DNA of 64,000 bases from positions 248,001 to 312,000 of IMG/VR virus record IMGVR_UViG_3300023184_000024; one strand, given 5' to 3'. Each line of letters opens with the position of its first letter. Position 1 is the stretch's first letter. Under the pieces are notes generated by a model, which saw only the letters and a program-made list of their open reading frames with translations, ran no database searches and was not told the origin of the DNA. The position numbers and the translations under genes are program-made. Below, piece by piece: positions 46,976 through 56,762 of the stretch.

Positions 46976-47703
46976 AATTTAAAAAAATTGTGGGGTTCGG
47001 TGACAGTTGGATGTGGGGCGACGAGTTACTTGACCCAAAACTGCTCACACACGAGCGTGCACACCCAGTTCTAATAGAAAATGTTCCTTATCGTGAAAGC
47101 AATTGTTTTCTTGGACAATTGGGCACATACTACGGAGTACCAACAGAAAACTTTGGTATACCGGGCGGTAGTTTACAAAGTACCATCTGGACTTATCTAT
47201 GGTGGCGCCAACACGAAACTGTGCCACTTGACCAGTGTGTTGTACTAGTAGGACTAACTGATCCCAATAGACAAACATTTTACAATCCCAATCATGTGGC
47301 TTACTCTAACGACCCGCCGTGGAACCGATTTGTTCACAGTTCCTGGATTCACAGTGGTGGAACAACACCGGGAGATCCCTGGACACAAATGGTCAAGTCA
47401 CACATGGTGTTGTCCGACTGCGATGCTGTGCACAAATTGAATTACCAACAAACTGTGCTGTTTTTTCAAGGACAGGCCCAATATGAAACCGGACCGTTGT
47501 TGCAATTTAACACCATGTTTGGTATATTAGACATGCCTTGCTCAACTCTGATTTGGCCAACCCAGTCATTGGATCATGTGGTACGATCGGAGCCGGGCAA
47601 CGCCGACTTGTTTGCGCCAATGGGTCACCCAAATGAAAAAGGACATGCGGTTCTCCGAGATCGCTTGATTACTGAGATTGATCGTGCTATAATAGCACAA
47701 TGA
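46972..47703 (+). CDS. SGNH/GDSL-like protein (paralogue 3 of 4)
   Basis: GFGDSWMWG, PGGS, GLTDPNR, GHPNEKGH. Confidence 0.6.
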   Translation: MKFKKIVGFGDSWMWGDELLDPKLLTHERAHPVLIENVPYRESNCFLGQLGTYYGVPTENFGIPGGSLQSTIWTYLWWRQHETVPLDQCVVLVGLTDPNRQTFYNPNHVAYSNDPPWNRFVHSSWIHSGGTTPGDPWTQMVKSHMVLSDCDAVHKLNYQQTVLFFQGQAQYETGPLLQFNTMFGILDMPCSTLIWPTQSLDHVVRSEPGNADLFAPMGHPNEKGHAVLRDRLITEIDRAIIAQ

Positions 47704-48680
47704 TTGATCTGATCCAATACCTGCCAGCAAAACGTAAACAAACGCCATCAGGGTGGATCAGTTTCAACGCAGTTTGTTGCACCCATAATGGTAATAGTTT
47801 AGACAAGCGTCAACGTGGTGGCCTTAAGGCCACAGACCAGGGCTGGAGTTATCATTGCTTTAATTGTGGGTACACCGCTAGTTTTATACTTGGTCGCCAG
47901 CTGTCACTTAAAGCCCGTAGACTCCTGACTTGGCTGGGCGTACCAGATGCGGAAATTGATTATCTCAATTTAGAAAGCCTCAAGCATCGTAACATACACG
48001 GCATACTAGAAGATCGCAACAAAACATTCAACACTTTGGCAGCAATTGAGTTTGAAGAATGTGACTTGCCGCCCTATGCTGAACTGCTAACAGACGAAGG
48101 CGACTACAGAGACTATGTGCGTAGTCGACATGTGCCCAACGACTTTCCTGTCATGGCACAGATGCAAAATGATGGTATCCATTGGACAAGGCCGCACGTA
48201 ATAATTCCATTTACTCACAATGACCACATTGTGGGTTATACATGTAGATTTCTTGACAACAAAACGCCTAAGTACATTTCCAACAGTCAGCCTAACTATG
48301 TGTTTGGCACAGACCTGCAACACACTGATTGGGAACATGTACTGGTAATGGAAGGTATATTTGATGCGCTCTGCATTGGCGGCCTAGCAGTGATGCACAA
48401 TGCCATCAGTGATGGGCAAGCAAGACTCATACGTAGTCTAGGTAGGCCAGTTACTGTAGTGCCTGATCAAGACCGGGCAGGATTAGAGTTAATTGATCGT
48501 GCAGTGGAACTAGGCTGGGCAGTTAGTATCCCTGTGTGGCCCAGCCATATCAAAGACGTAAATGATGCTGTGATTGAATACGGTCGGTTGGGGGCCTTAC
48601 TAACTATAATGCAGGCAAGGGAAACCAGTCGTATCAAGATTGAATTAAAAAGGAAGCACCTTGAAAAAAGAATACAATAA
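47700..48680 (+). CDS. gp61: DNA primase (gp61/DnaG-like)
   Basis: Zn-binding CC.H...HCFNC; KY.NS; TOPRIM MEGIFDA, PDQDRAG, KDVND. Confidence 0.88.
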   Translation: MIDLIQYLPAKRKQTPSGWISFNAVCCTHNGNSLDKRQRGGLKATDQGWSYHCFNCGYTASFILGRQLSLKARRLLTWLGVPDAEIDYLNLESLKHRNIHGILEDRNKTFNTLAAIEFEECDLPPYAELLTDEGDYRDYVRSRHVPNDFPVMAQMQNDGIHWTRPHVIIPFTHNDHIVGYTCRFLDNKTPKYISNSQPNYVFGTDLQHTDWEHVLVMEGIFDALCIGGLAVMHNAISDGQARLIRSLGRPVTVVPDQDRAGLELIDRAVELGWAVSIPVWPSHIKDVNDAVIEYGRLGALLTIMQARETSRIKIELKRKHLEKRIQ

Positions 48681-49386
48681 ACTTTGGGTGCTTGGCGACA
48701 GCTTTACAACACCGGGTTATTGTGTTGAACCAAAAGATAGCTTTTGGGGGCTAACAGCACAACATTTAAACGTCAAGCAAATAATGAATTGTTCTTGGGT
48801 GGGCAATAGCTTTGGCAGTGTACAGCACATGCTAATCAATCAACAGTTGCAATTTAACTGGAAACATGATTTTTTAATAATTGGAATTCCGCCATTGGAA
48901 AGACTCACAGTGTTTGACAATTACAAAGATACCAGACACAATGGCCATTGCATTGACCCGGCAACATGGGATAACAGTTTGTTTCAAATTGATTGTCACA
49001 CCGGGTTAGACATCATTCGCGGGCATGACGCACAAATCATGGTAATCCATCAGGATCGCAGTTGGGTTGAAACACAGACTTTGAATTCTATATTTTTATT
49101 AACTTCTTGGTTAGACTCAGTGGATGCTAATTATGTAATAGTTAACTTGAGTAAGTCATTGAACGAACATTGTACGTGGAACCCCAATGCGTTTGTACTG
49201 CCGTATGTTGCAGAACATTCAAAATGTATTGTGTTTCGTGATACGTATTACGGAGTTAATTTTGAAAAAATTAAACCAGTGGATTTTGATCAGTATAGTT
49301 GGTCGGGGCATCACGGCCCAGCTGGGAATCAAAACTTTTTTGAGAATTCTCTATTGCCCACATTAAAAAGGAATAAATTTTGTTAA
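48661..49386 (+). CDS. SGNH/GDSL-like protein (paralogue 4 of 4)
   Basis: VLGDSFT, GNSFG, GIPPLER, GHHGPAGN. Confidence 0.6.
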   Translation: MKKEYNKLWVLGDSFTTPGYCVEPKDSFWGLTAQHLNVKQIMNCSWVGNSFGSVQHMLINQQLQFNWKHDFLIIGIPPLERLTVFDNYKDTRHNGHCIDPATWDNSLFQIDCHTGLDIIRGHDAQIMVIHQDRSWVETQTLNSIFLLTSWLDSVDANYVIVNLSKSLNEHCTWNPNAFVLPYVAEHSKCIVFRDTYYGVNFEKIKPVDFDQYSWSGHHGPAGNQNFFENSLLPTLKRNKFC

Positions 49387-50861
49387 AAGAATATGGACTT
49401 GATGTCCAACGTTTGTTTTTAGAAATGATGTTAGAAGATGCACAAAGTTATGTGCGTGTTCAGAACATCTACAACCCTGCAAATTTTGACAAGAGCCTTA
49501 GACCTGCTGCCGAATTTTTCAAAGAACACAGCGACAAACATAAAACATTGCCGGACCGTAATCAAATCTCTGCCACAACCGGAATCAAACTTGCACCAGT
49601 TCCTGATTTAAATGATGGTCACTATGATTGGTTCATGGAAGAGTTTGAAGCTTTTACACGCAGGCAAGAACTTGAACGAGCAATTTTAAAAGCCGCTGAT
49701 CTACTTGAAAAAGGAGAATTTGAGCCAGTTGAAAAGTTAATCAAAGATGCTGTACAGATTAGTCTAACCAAGGACATGGGCACAGACTACTTTGCTGACC
49801 CTGCTGGCCGTATCAACAAATACTTCAACAGTGGCGGGCAAGTCAGCACAGGCTGGCCACAATTGGACAAATTATTGTATGGTGGATTCTCTCGTGGAGA
49901 GCTTAATATTTTTGCAGGCGGTTCGGGGTCAGGCAAAAGCTTGGTCATGATGAACATTGCACTGAGTTGGTTGCAATCTGGCTTAAGTGGTGTATACATC
50001 ACATTAGAATTGAGCGAAGAGTTGACTAGTTTGCGCACAGACGCAATGTTAACCAGTATGAGTACCAAAGAAATTCGCAGAGACATTGAAACCACAGAAC
50101 TCAAAGTCAAATTGATTTCCAAGAAATCAGGGCAGTATCGCGTCAAGGGACTGCCAGCACAAAGTAATATCAATGATATTAGAAGTTACCTAAAAGAAGT
50201 ACAAATACAAACAGGCATCAAAGTCGACTTTGTCATGGTTGACTACCTTGATTTGTTAATGCCAGTGAGCGCAAAAGTTAGTCCCAATGACTTGTTTGTC
50301 AAAGACAAGTATGTGAGTGAGGAATTGCGTAACCTGTCCAAAGAACTCGGAGTGCTACTAGTTACAGCAAGTCAGTTAAACCGTAGTGCAGTTGAGGAAA
50401 TTGAATTTGACCATAGTCATATCAGCGGCGGCATTAGTAAAATTAACACTGCTGATAATGTGTTTGGTATTCTTACCAGCAGACAAATGCGTGAGCGAGG
50501 CAAATATCAAATTCAGTGCATGAAGTCACGTAGCAGTACTGGGGTTGGCCAAAAAATTGATCTAGAGTACAACATTGAAACTATGCGTATCACAGACCCG
50601 GGCATAGATGAAAATGCATATAATAGACCACAGAGTTCAATTATGGACAGTATCAAGGCCAAGAGTCAGGCCAGACAGGCCGATGAACTTGAAGGCAACG
50701 CTTCAAAAAGTATCACATGGGAAAAACCAACGGGAACACCTGCCTGGGATTACATGTCGGGCGGCAAAGAATTAAAGCCAGAGGTCGCAGGAAAAATTCC
50801 AGCCGAAGTACAAAGCGCCAAACTCAAACAATTATTAAGTCAAATTAAACCAACAACTTGA
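49380..50861 (+). CDS. gp41: Replicative DNA helicase (gp41/DnaB-like)
   Basis: STGW..LD, AGGSGSGKS, TLELSE, VDYLDL, ASQLNRS, KSR. Confidence 0.92.
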   Translation: MLKEYGLDVQRLFLEMMLEDAQSYVRVQNIYNPANFDKSLRPAAEFFKEHSDKHKTLPDRNQISATTGIKLAPVPDLNDGHYDWFMEEFEAFTRRQELERAILKAADLLEKGEFEPVEKLIKDAVQISLTKDMGTDYFADPAGRINKYFNSGGQVSTGWPQLDKLLYGGFSRGELNIFAGGSGSGKSLVMMNIALSWLQSGLSGVYITLELSEELTSLRTDAMLTSMSTKEIRRDIETTELKVKLISKKSGQYRVKGLPAQSNINDIRSYLKEVQIQTGIKVDFVMVDYLDLLMPVSAKVSPNDLFVKDKYVSEELRNLSKELGVLLVTASQLNRSAVEEIEFDHSHISGGISKINTADNVFGILTSRQMRERGKYQIQCMKSRSSTGVGQKIDLEYNIETMRITDPGIDENAYNRPQSSIMDSIKAKSQARQADELEGNASKSITWEKPTGTPAWDYMSGGKELKPEVAGKIPAEVQSAKLKQLLSQIKPTT

Positions 50862-51898
50862 TGAGAATTTTGTCTACATTAAAGTTTGGTCGCAATCTTG
50901 ATCAAATTGATAAACTAGATCACAATGACGTTGTGCATATCTATGACGTGTTTGATGAAGCCACAATAGATAATTGGCTAGCAACCAAAGGCACCCCTGC
51001 ATACATCCTGGCAGATCATCATGTCCTGCCCGGCAAATACAACAATTTATACTGTGTTCCGTTGTACATCGAACACTGGGCCACTAAACAAGTTCCTAGA
51101 CTTGTACTCGAGGAATACAGTACAAACTACGCATTTAATTTTAACATTAAAACCACCACAATTAATCGATTTCTTTGCATCAAGCTAGTAGAACTATTCA
51201 ACCTTGACAGCTTTGACTATACCTGGAGCGGGGATCATCCCAAGTTCAATCTGGCATCAGTGATTGATGAACTAAATTCGCTGGACAAAGACTTTTTAAC
51301 TTTGGAACAGCGTACACAATTGCTAGGTCCAGTTCTGCGCACTACTAAAAAATTCTTAGAAATTGCCGATATACCAATCCCTGCTGGCGATGAAACTACC
51401 GCCAGAGATTTTAAAAATTCAGTTTGGGCATGGAGTACAGGCCCGTGGAATTATAGACTGCGACATGTGGTGGGACAATCGGCTATAAGCTTGATCACAG
51501 AAACAGTTAACCATCAACAAACTGCTGTGTTTACAGAAAAAACATTGTTTGCAATTCTGGGTCTTACATTCCCAATTTGGGTTGGTGGATATAAACAAGC
51601 TGAACAATTACAATCTCTGGGATTTGATATATTTGACGACGTTGTTGATCACAGTTATCAACATTATGGTACTCTGGTAGAACGATGTTATTATGCTTTT
51701 AGAAAAAATATTGCATTATTACAAAATGTAGATCTTTGTCAAGAATTAAGAGAAAAACATCGAGATAGATTGATTTCTAATAGAAATCTACTGACCAGCG
51801 ATCATTTAAAATTGAAAAATTTAGAAATTATAAACTCCTGGCCCACGGATCTAATAAATTGTGCAGTAGAAATTAGAAAATCACTGTCATTGGTTTAA
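50858..51898 (+). CDS. Glycosyltransferase-like protein with a GT10-type motif (paralogue 2 of 2)
   Basis: SLITETV...VFTEKTLFAI...GFDIFDDVVDHSY. Confidence 0.5.
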   Translation: MMRILSTLKFGRNLDQIDKLDHNDVVHIYDVFDEATIDNWLATKGTPAYILADHHVLPGKYNNLYCVPLYIEHWATKQVPRLVLEEYSTNYAFNFNIKTTTINRFLCIKLVELFNLDSFDYTWSGDHPKFNLASVIDELNSLDKDFLTLEQRTQLLGPVLRTTKKFLEIADIPIPAGDETTARDFKNSVWAWSTGPWNYRLRHVVGQSAISLITETVNHQQTAVFTEKTLFAILGLTFPIWVGGYKQAEQLQSLGFDIFDDVVDHSYQHYGTLVERCYYAFRKNIALLQNVDLCQELREKHRDRLISNRNLLTSDHLKLKNLEIINSWPTDLINCAVEIRKSLSLV

Positions 51899-51947
51899 TA
51901 CTCAATAGCCAAAATCCGCTAAATAATTCAAAGGCCAATATCACAAA

Positions 51948-52208
51948 ATGCAAAAAAAGACTCGCAGTATTTTAGAAGAGCTTGATTCTGTATACGATGC
52001 CCACAATAAAAACAGGGATCGTCAATACATCATTGAAAGTCGTGCTAGCAATGCAATTGCTTCCGCTGTTCGTGTGGTGGAACAAATTGAATCTAGTTAT
52101 ACGCCGGATCAAGCTGAAATACTGGTGCGTAAATTGTTGAATGCAATACGTGATAAAGATCCTAACAAGTTTATGAGAACGTTAAGGCGATCAAATGCAG
52201 ATATATGA
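51948..52208 (+). CDS. Hypothetical late protein
   Basis: TAAATA at 51920; contains YIIES. Confidence 0.75.
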   Translation: MQKKTRSILEELDSVYDAHNKNRDRQYIIESRASNAIASAVRVVEQIESSYTPDQAEILVRKLLNAIRDKDPNKFMRTLRRSNADI

Positions 52209-52872
52209 TATTACCAATAGAAAACAACAGTTAACTGAAGCCAGCTTTACAGATTATGTAAAGGCTGCGTTTACCAAAGATCCCAACATGGCAAACTTAC
52301 CCTTGGATCAACGTGCCGCTGCCATGATGAAAGACACAGCCATGCAAAATGTAGCTAAACTTGCGCTACAACAATGGCAATCCAAAGTGCTGACACTGAT
52401 TCGTGCAAATCAAAACATGCCAATCACTGACCGTGAATACACTGATAACCTCAAAGATTTTATTGAAAAAACTCTGTTGCAAAAACCATTGACCACGCTA
52501 GATCAGCTCAGTCGACAACGCCTGGGTGTACAGATCAACAATGTATTGGCCAGTCGCAATGACCCTAAAAAACTGCAACAAACATTCCAAGAATTAGCGG
52601 TCAACACAGCGGCCGCACGTCAAGACCCAACAAGGGTGGGACGACAGTACGCACAGGCTGCCGCACAAGCGCCCACAGGCTCGGCTCAAGCCGGCAGTGC
52701 TCAACAAACATCTCCGCTGATTAAAAGATTCATGCAATCCACAGTCAATGCATCACAGCTGGCAGGACTACAACAATTTCTAGCACAAAACGTACAAGGC
52801 GGCATTGTTCGCAGTACTGGCAATGCCGTGGTAGATGCATTTATCAATCATTTGGGTGTTAAAACAAGATGA
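52195..52872 (+). CDS. Putative internal head protein (Q/A-rich)
   Basis: MQIYDITNRKQQLTEA N-terminus (L-x-E). Confidence 0.6.
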   Translation: MQIYDITNRKQQLTEASFTDYVKAAFTKDPNMANLPLDQRAAAMMKDTAMQNVAKLALQQWQSKVLTLIRANQNMPITDREYTDNLKDFIEKTLLQKPLTTLDQLSRQRLGVQINNVLASRNDPKKLQQTFQELAVNTAAARQDPTRVGRQYAQAAAQAPTGSAQAGSAQQTSPLIKRFMQSTVNASQLAGLQQFLAQNVQGGIVRSTGNAVVDAFINHLGVKTR

Positions 52873-54821
52873 AGCTAACTGAAGGCGGCAATGTATTCAA
52901 AGATGCACAAGGAAAACCTTTAACACAGCGTATCAACAAGGCTGATGTTCCTGCCACTATTAAATGGATTGAAGGAGTATCGGGTGTTGATTTTAGCGCA
53001 GAAATTGACCCAGCCACAAAAACTCCAGCCAAGTGGTTGGGCAGTACAGGCAAAGCTGCCAGCAGTGGCGACTTAGATCTTGCAGTGGATCTCAGCCAGG
53101 TAAGCAAAGAAGCCTTGGCTGCAAAATTAACTCAGTACATACAAAGCCAAGGATTAGACCCACGTGAATGGGTGGTTAAAAAAGGTGAAGTGCATTTAAA
53201 AACGCCCATCGCTGGTGATCCTAAAAAAGGTTACGTACAAACAGACTTTATGTTTTTCCCTAACTTAGACTGGGGACAATTCTTTTATGCTGGCGGCACA
53301 GACAGCGCCTACAAAGGTGTGTATAGAAATATCTTAATGAGCTCGATTGCCAAGCAACTGGGACTCAAAGTTGGTGCCAATGGCATGATTAGTCGCACTA
53401 CAAATCAACTGGTCAACGGTGGTATGGATCCTGATTATGTGGCCAGTGTGTTGCTGGGCAAAGGTCATGACCGTAAGAGTCTAAAGAATGTTGAAACCAT
53501 ATACCAGAATCTAGCCAAAGATCCAAACCGTGATGCTAAACTAGCAGACTTCCGCGAATATCTAGCTAGGGAAGGACTGCAGGAACCAGGACAAGTGCAA
53601 GAAAGCGAAGTTGGGTTCATGGCACGCTTGCGTGATAGAATTGTCAATCAAGGTTATCATATCATCATTGAAGACGAAGCGCCAGCAAAGAAAAAAGATC
53701 CAAGAATCCCGCATCCTGAAGATGCGTTCTTCATGGGCGGAAGTGCAGTCGCCAACAAGGCCATACGAGATCTCGAAGGAGCCATTGCCAGTGCTGGCAA
53801 AACTACTATTAAGTGGGATGGTAAACCTGCGCTGATTTGGGGCAGAATGCCCAATGGTCAACTAGCAGTCATGGACAAGTACATGTTTGATGCCAAGTAT
53901 CCAGCACAGAGTCCCGAAGATTGGATCAAGTATGATCAACAAAAAAAATCTGGTAATCTAAGAACTGACTTGTACCCTAAAATCAAAGCCATATGGTCTG
54001 GCCTGGATGCTGCCACAGTGGGTCCCGGATTCTACTGGGGTGATTTGATGTGGGCCGGGGAACTACAACCACAAGGTGGCAAGTACGTGTTCAAACCCAA
54101 CCTTGTACAATATTCAATACCAGCCAACAGCGAACTCGGGCAAACCATACCCGGCAAAACTGGTGGCATTGTAGTGCATCAACAATTTGCTAACTTGGGT
54201 GATCAAACAGCCCAAACTTGGAATGGTCAAGGACTACAGAACGTCCGTGGTGGTGTTGACATTATTAGGCCCAACATTGGTATTTCGTTTACATTAAAAG
54301 CACCAGCCAATTTAATTGCTGCCGCTAAAAAAGCAGTCAGCACTTATGGTGCGGCTGTAGATCAGTTATTGAATTCTTTGCCGGCCAGTACACGAGCACA
54401 AATGCAAACGTATTTTAACCAACGCATAATCGGTGGTACAACATTGAGCATGCCCAATTGGTTAAAAACCAAAGCCAGTGCTCGACAATACAGCGAGCTA
54501 GTAACCGGCAACCCTGATGTCAACGGACAGTACAATGCCGAAACTGGCAACATACCTGGAAAATTGTACACGTTAGATGCCAACAATAAACCAGTTCCTA
54601 GTCCTGCACATCTTGGATTGTTGGCAATCTGGACCTCAATTTATAATTTAAAGTTGGACTTGGCACAACAGTTGGAACAACAAGTGCAGGGACTTGAACA
54701 AAGTACAGCAGGGCAGGCCGAGGGCGAAGGATTTGTTGTACCTACCCCAACTGGATTAGTCAAGCTGGTGAACCGCGGAGTGTTTTCAGCAGGAAACGCC
54801 CAGCAAAACAATCCCAAGTAA
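52869..54821 (+). CDS. Fusion of a pol-beta-type nucleotidyltransferase and a KxDG ligase-like domain, 650 aa
   Basis: N-terminal LGSTGK...SGDLD (G58-S59, D68, D70) and QTDF (D126); C-terminal IKWDGKP (K315), WGDLMW, EGEGFVV, VKLVNR; MKLTE start and VQES/IIED linker. Confidence 0.6.
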   Translation: MKLTEGGNVFKDAQGKPLTQRINKADVPATIKWIEGVSGVDFSAEIDPATKTPAKWLGSTGKAASSGDLDLAVDLSQVSKEALAAKLTQYIQSQGLDPREWVVKKGEVHLKTPIAGDPKKGYVQTDFMFFPNLDWGQFFYAGGTDSAYKGVYRNILMSSIAKQLGLKVGANGMISRTTNQLVNGGMDPDYVASVLLGKGHDRKSLKNVETIYQNLAKDPNRDAKLADFREYLAREGLQEPGQVQESEVGFMARLRDRIVNQGYHIIIEDEAPAKKKDPRIPHPEDAFFMGGSAVANKAIRDLEGAIASAGKTTIKWDGKPALIWGRMPNGQLAVMDKYMFDAKYPAQSPEDWIKYDQQKKSGNLRTDLYPKIKAIWSGLDAATVGPGFYWGDLMWAGELQPQGGKYVFKPNLVQYSIPANSELGQTIPGKTGGIVVHQQFANLGDQTAQTWNGQGLQNVRGGVDIIRPNIGISFTLKAPANLIAAAKKAVSTYGAAVDQLLNSLPASTRAQMQTYFNQRIIGGTTLSMPNWLKTKASARQYSELVTGNPDVNGQYNAETGNIPGKLYTLDANNKPVPSPAHLGLLAIWTSIYNLKLDLAQQLEQQVQGLEQSTAGQAEGEGFVVPTPTGLVKLVNRGVFSAGNAQQNNPK

Positions 54822-54888
54822 CCGTTTTTTTGTGAATTGACTAAATAAAAGTAGGCCCAAAAGGGCCACTAACTTAGGAGATTCTAAA

Positions 54889-55353
54889 ATGGCATATTTT
54901 CCACCCTTTAATGGTGACGCACAACCAGTATTTGCAATGGACATCAACAATGGTCCACAAACTGGTAACATTGGTTCCACAGCTGCCTTGGTGCAGATGG
55001 ACGGCCCCAAGCTTGACTTTTTCAAAGTAATTGTGCAAAACGGTTCTAACCAAGCAATCGATTTGCGCACACAATTGGGTTCTTACAGTGCCGGCGTGTT
55101 TACGCCTGGTGTTGTGGTGCAACTCAACCAAGCTATTCAACGTACAGCAACTATTGCCAAGTACCAAGTCGAAGGCGATGCAACTGGTCAAATCAGCTAT
55201 GCTGTGTACCCACAAGGTGCATGGACAGCCGCTACTCTTGACGCAGCCTTGAAGGCTCTAGGTAACGTTCAGATTACAGCCAGCGATGGTACAGTGACTG
55301 GCGTTAATGTGTCTGGCACAGACGCTACAGACCCAGGCTTCAAACTAGCTTAA
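54889..55353 (+). CDS. Probable abundant virion protein (capsid decoration-like)
   Basis: Stand-alone unit: TAAATA at 54842, 5' hairpin GGCCC-AAAA-GGGCC, AGGAGA RBS, own terminator. Confidence 0.55.
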   Translation: MAYFPPFNGDAQPVFAMDINNGPQTGNIGSTAALVQMDGPKLDFFKVIVQNGSNQAIDLRTQLGSYSAGVFTPGVVVQLNQAIQRTATIAKYQVEGDATGQISYAVYPQGAWTAATLDAALKALGNVQITASDGTVTGVNVSGTDATDPGFKLA

Positions 55354-55370
55354 TCAAATTTAATTTGATG

Positions 55371-55398
55371 CAGGCCCCAGATTTATTCTGGGGCTTTT
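55371..55398 (+). terminator. Rho-independent terminator
   Basis: GCCCCAG...CTGGGGC followed by a T-run. Confidence 0.8.
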
Positions 55399-55420
55399 TC
55401 TTGGCCGTTAAATACACGAT

Positions 55421-56047
55421 ATGTTATCGTTCCCACAATGGCCCACATTATTTTATTCGTTCGACTGGCCCGAGCATAGAAAATATGCAGAAAAGCTAAA
55501 ACAAGTATGTCGCGACTTGGAGTCTCAGAACAAAGTCAGCAACGTCAGTTCAGCAATAAAACACAATCTGTATGAAAGTGCATTTAACTTTGTTGAGCAC
55601 AAAAGCACCGCAGTTGAAGAGTGGAGCCACTGGGTCAAAGACTGTATATTCAAAGCCAGCACAGCCGCCAACAAAACTTACTGGCCTTCAGGATTAAATC
55701 TGCAAATTGAGTTACACGAGTCCTGGTGCCACATTACCAGAGATGGTGGTTATCATGATGTGCACCTGCACCCGGGTAGTTCTTGGAGTTGCATTTATTA
55801 TCTTGACACTGGCGACATGGAAACTGACTCAAAAAATGGAGTCAATCGTTTTTACAACCCAGTGACACCAATGTACACTGATGCAGGTACTGTGTATACA
55901 AACAGCGCCACCAACTTTGATGTCAATGGCAAAAACGGCATGTTGTTTGTGTTTCCAAGTTGGATAAACCATTCGGCTTTGCCCTACATTGGTGCCAAAG
56001 ATCGTTATGTTCTCAGCGCCAACAGCAGGATAACGGTGTCAGAATGA
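55421..56047 (+). CDS. 2OG-Fe(II) oxygenase-like protein
   Basis: ESWC, HDVHLHPGSSWSCIYY, FPSWINH, RYVLSAN; TAAATA at 55409. Confidence 0.78.
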   Translation: MLSFPQWPTLFYSFDWPEHRKYAEKLKQVCRDLESQNKVSNVSSAIKHNLYESAFNFVEHKSTAVEEWSHWVKDCIFKASTAANKTYWPSGLNLQIELHESWCHITRDGGYHDVHLHPGSSWSCIYYLDTGDMETDSKNGVNRFYNPVTPMYTDAGTVYTNSATNFDVNGKNGMLFVFPSWINHSALPYIGAKDRYVLSANSRITVSE

Positions 56048-56481
56048 CTCATAGAATTCGTTGCACCACCAAGTTTGACATCACAGCTACAGGGGTGCGA
56101 AGTCAATTTAAACTTTCGCATGTTCCTTTTGTTGATAACAACGGAAATAAAATTGTTGACGTAAGCACCTGGAATAAAGCAAGAAATCAACAACGCAATT
56201 GGGAAACTATTATACAGGTTATTAGTCTAAGAACTTTGCCAGATAATATTGTGCCGCCAGTTGAAATCATAAAAAACAATGAAAAACATTGGCAATCTGA
56301 ATTTGAAATAAATGACATTGCAACACTGACCACCAATGGCACCACATTCAATGAATTATTGGCCGATTGCCAGGATGTTCCTATGTTGATAAATCTAGAC
56401 GAAGACCCCGGAGTTGAAACAAGTTTAAAGGGCATCGGGGACAAAATCAATATTTGGTTTGAGCTTGTAGATACTAAATAA
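56044..56481 (+). CDS. Hypothetical protein
   Basis: Start corrected to 56044 (ATGA overlap). Confidence 0.7.
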   Translation: MTHRIRCTTKFDITATGVRSQFKLSHVPFVDNNGNKIVDVSTWNKARNQQRNWETIIQVISLRTLPDNIVPPVEIIKNNEKHWQSEFEINDIATLTTNGTTFNELLADCQDVPMLINLDEDPGVETSLKGIGDKINIWFELVDTK

Positions 56482-56498
56482 TGTCAAAGGGCAATAGA

Positions 56499-56762
56499 AT
56501 GGCTGATCCAACCGACATAGAAAAAAAGAGCTTAGAAGCCCACGTAGAGCTGTGTGCAGAACGCTATCGTTCATTGGAACTTAAAGTATCTGATGTAAGA
56601 AACGACATTGCTTCGGTAAAAGGAGTTTTGCAAGAAACTCACGAGTTGGTACACAACATGTCTGACAAACGCAATAGTCAGCTAATACAATGGGGCAGTA
56701 GTCTGATATTAGTTTTAATTGGATCTGTTGGGTATTTGCTATCCACGTATGTGATAAAATGA
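56499..56762 (+). CDS. Coiled-coil protein with a C-terminal TM helix (holin/XhlA-like)
   Basis: LEAHVELCAERY...; hydrophobic SLILVLIGSVGYLL; TAAATA at 56475. Confidence 0.5.
   Translation: MADPTDIEKKSLEAHVELCAERYRSLELKVSDVRNDIASVKGVLQETHELVHNMSDKRNSQLIQWGSSLILVLIGSVGYLLSTYVIK

Noticed and set aside
18387-50861. Inteins or introns in terL, uvsX, uvsW or the helicase
   Set aside because: Lengths are ordinary, motifs are contiguous and no intein splice-junction motifs were seen. The visible part of nrdA is also uninterrupted.
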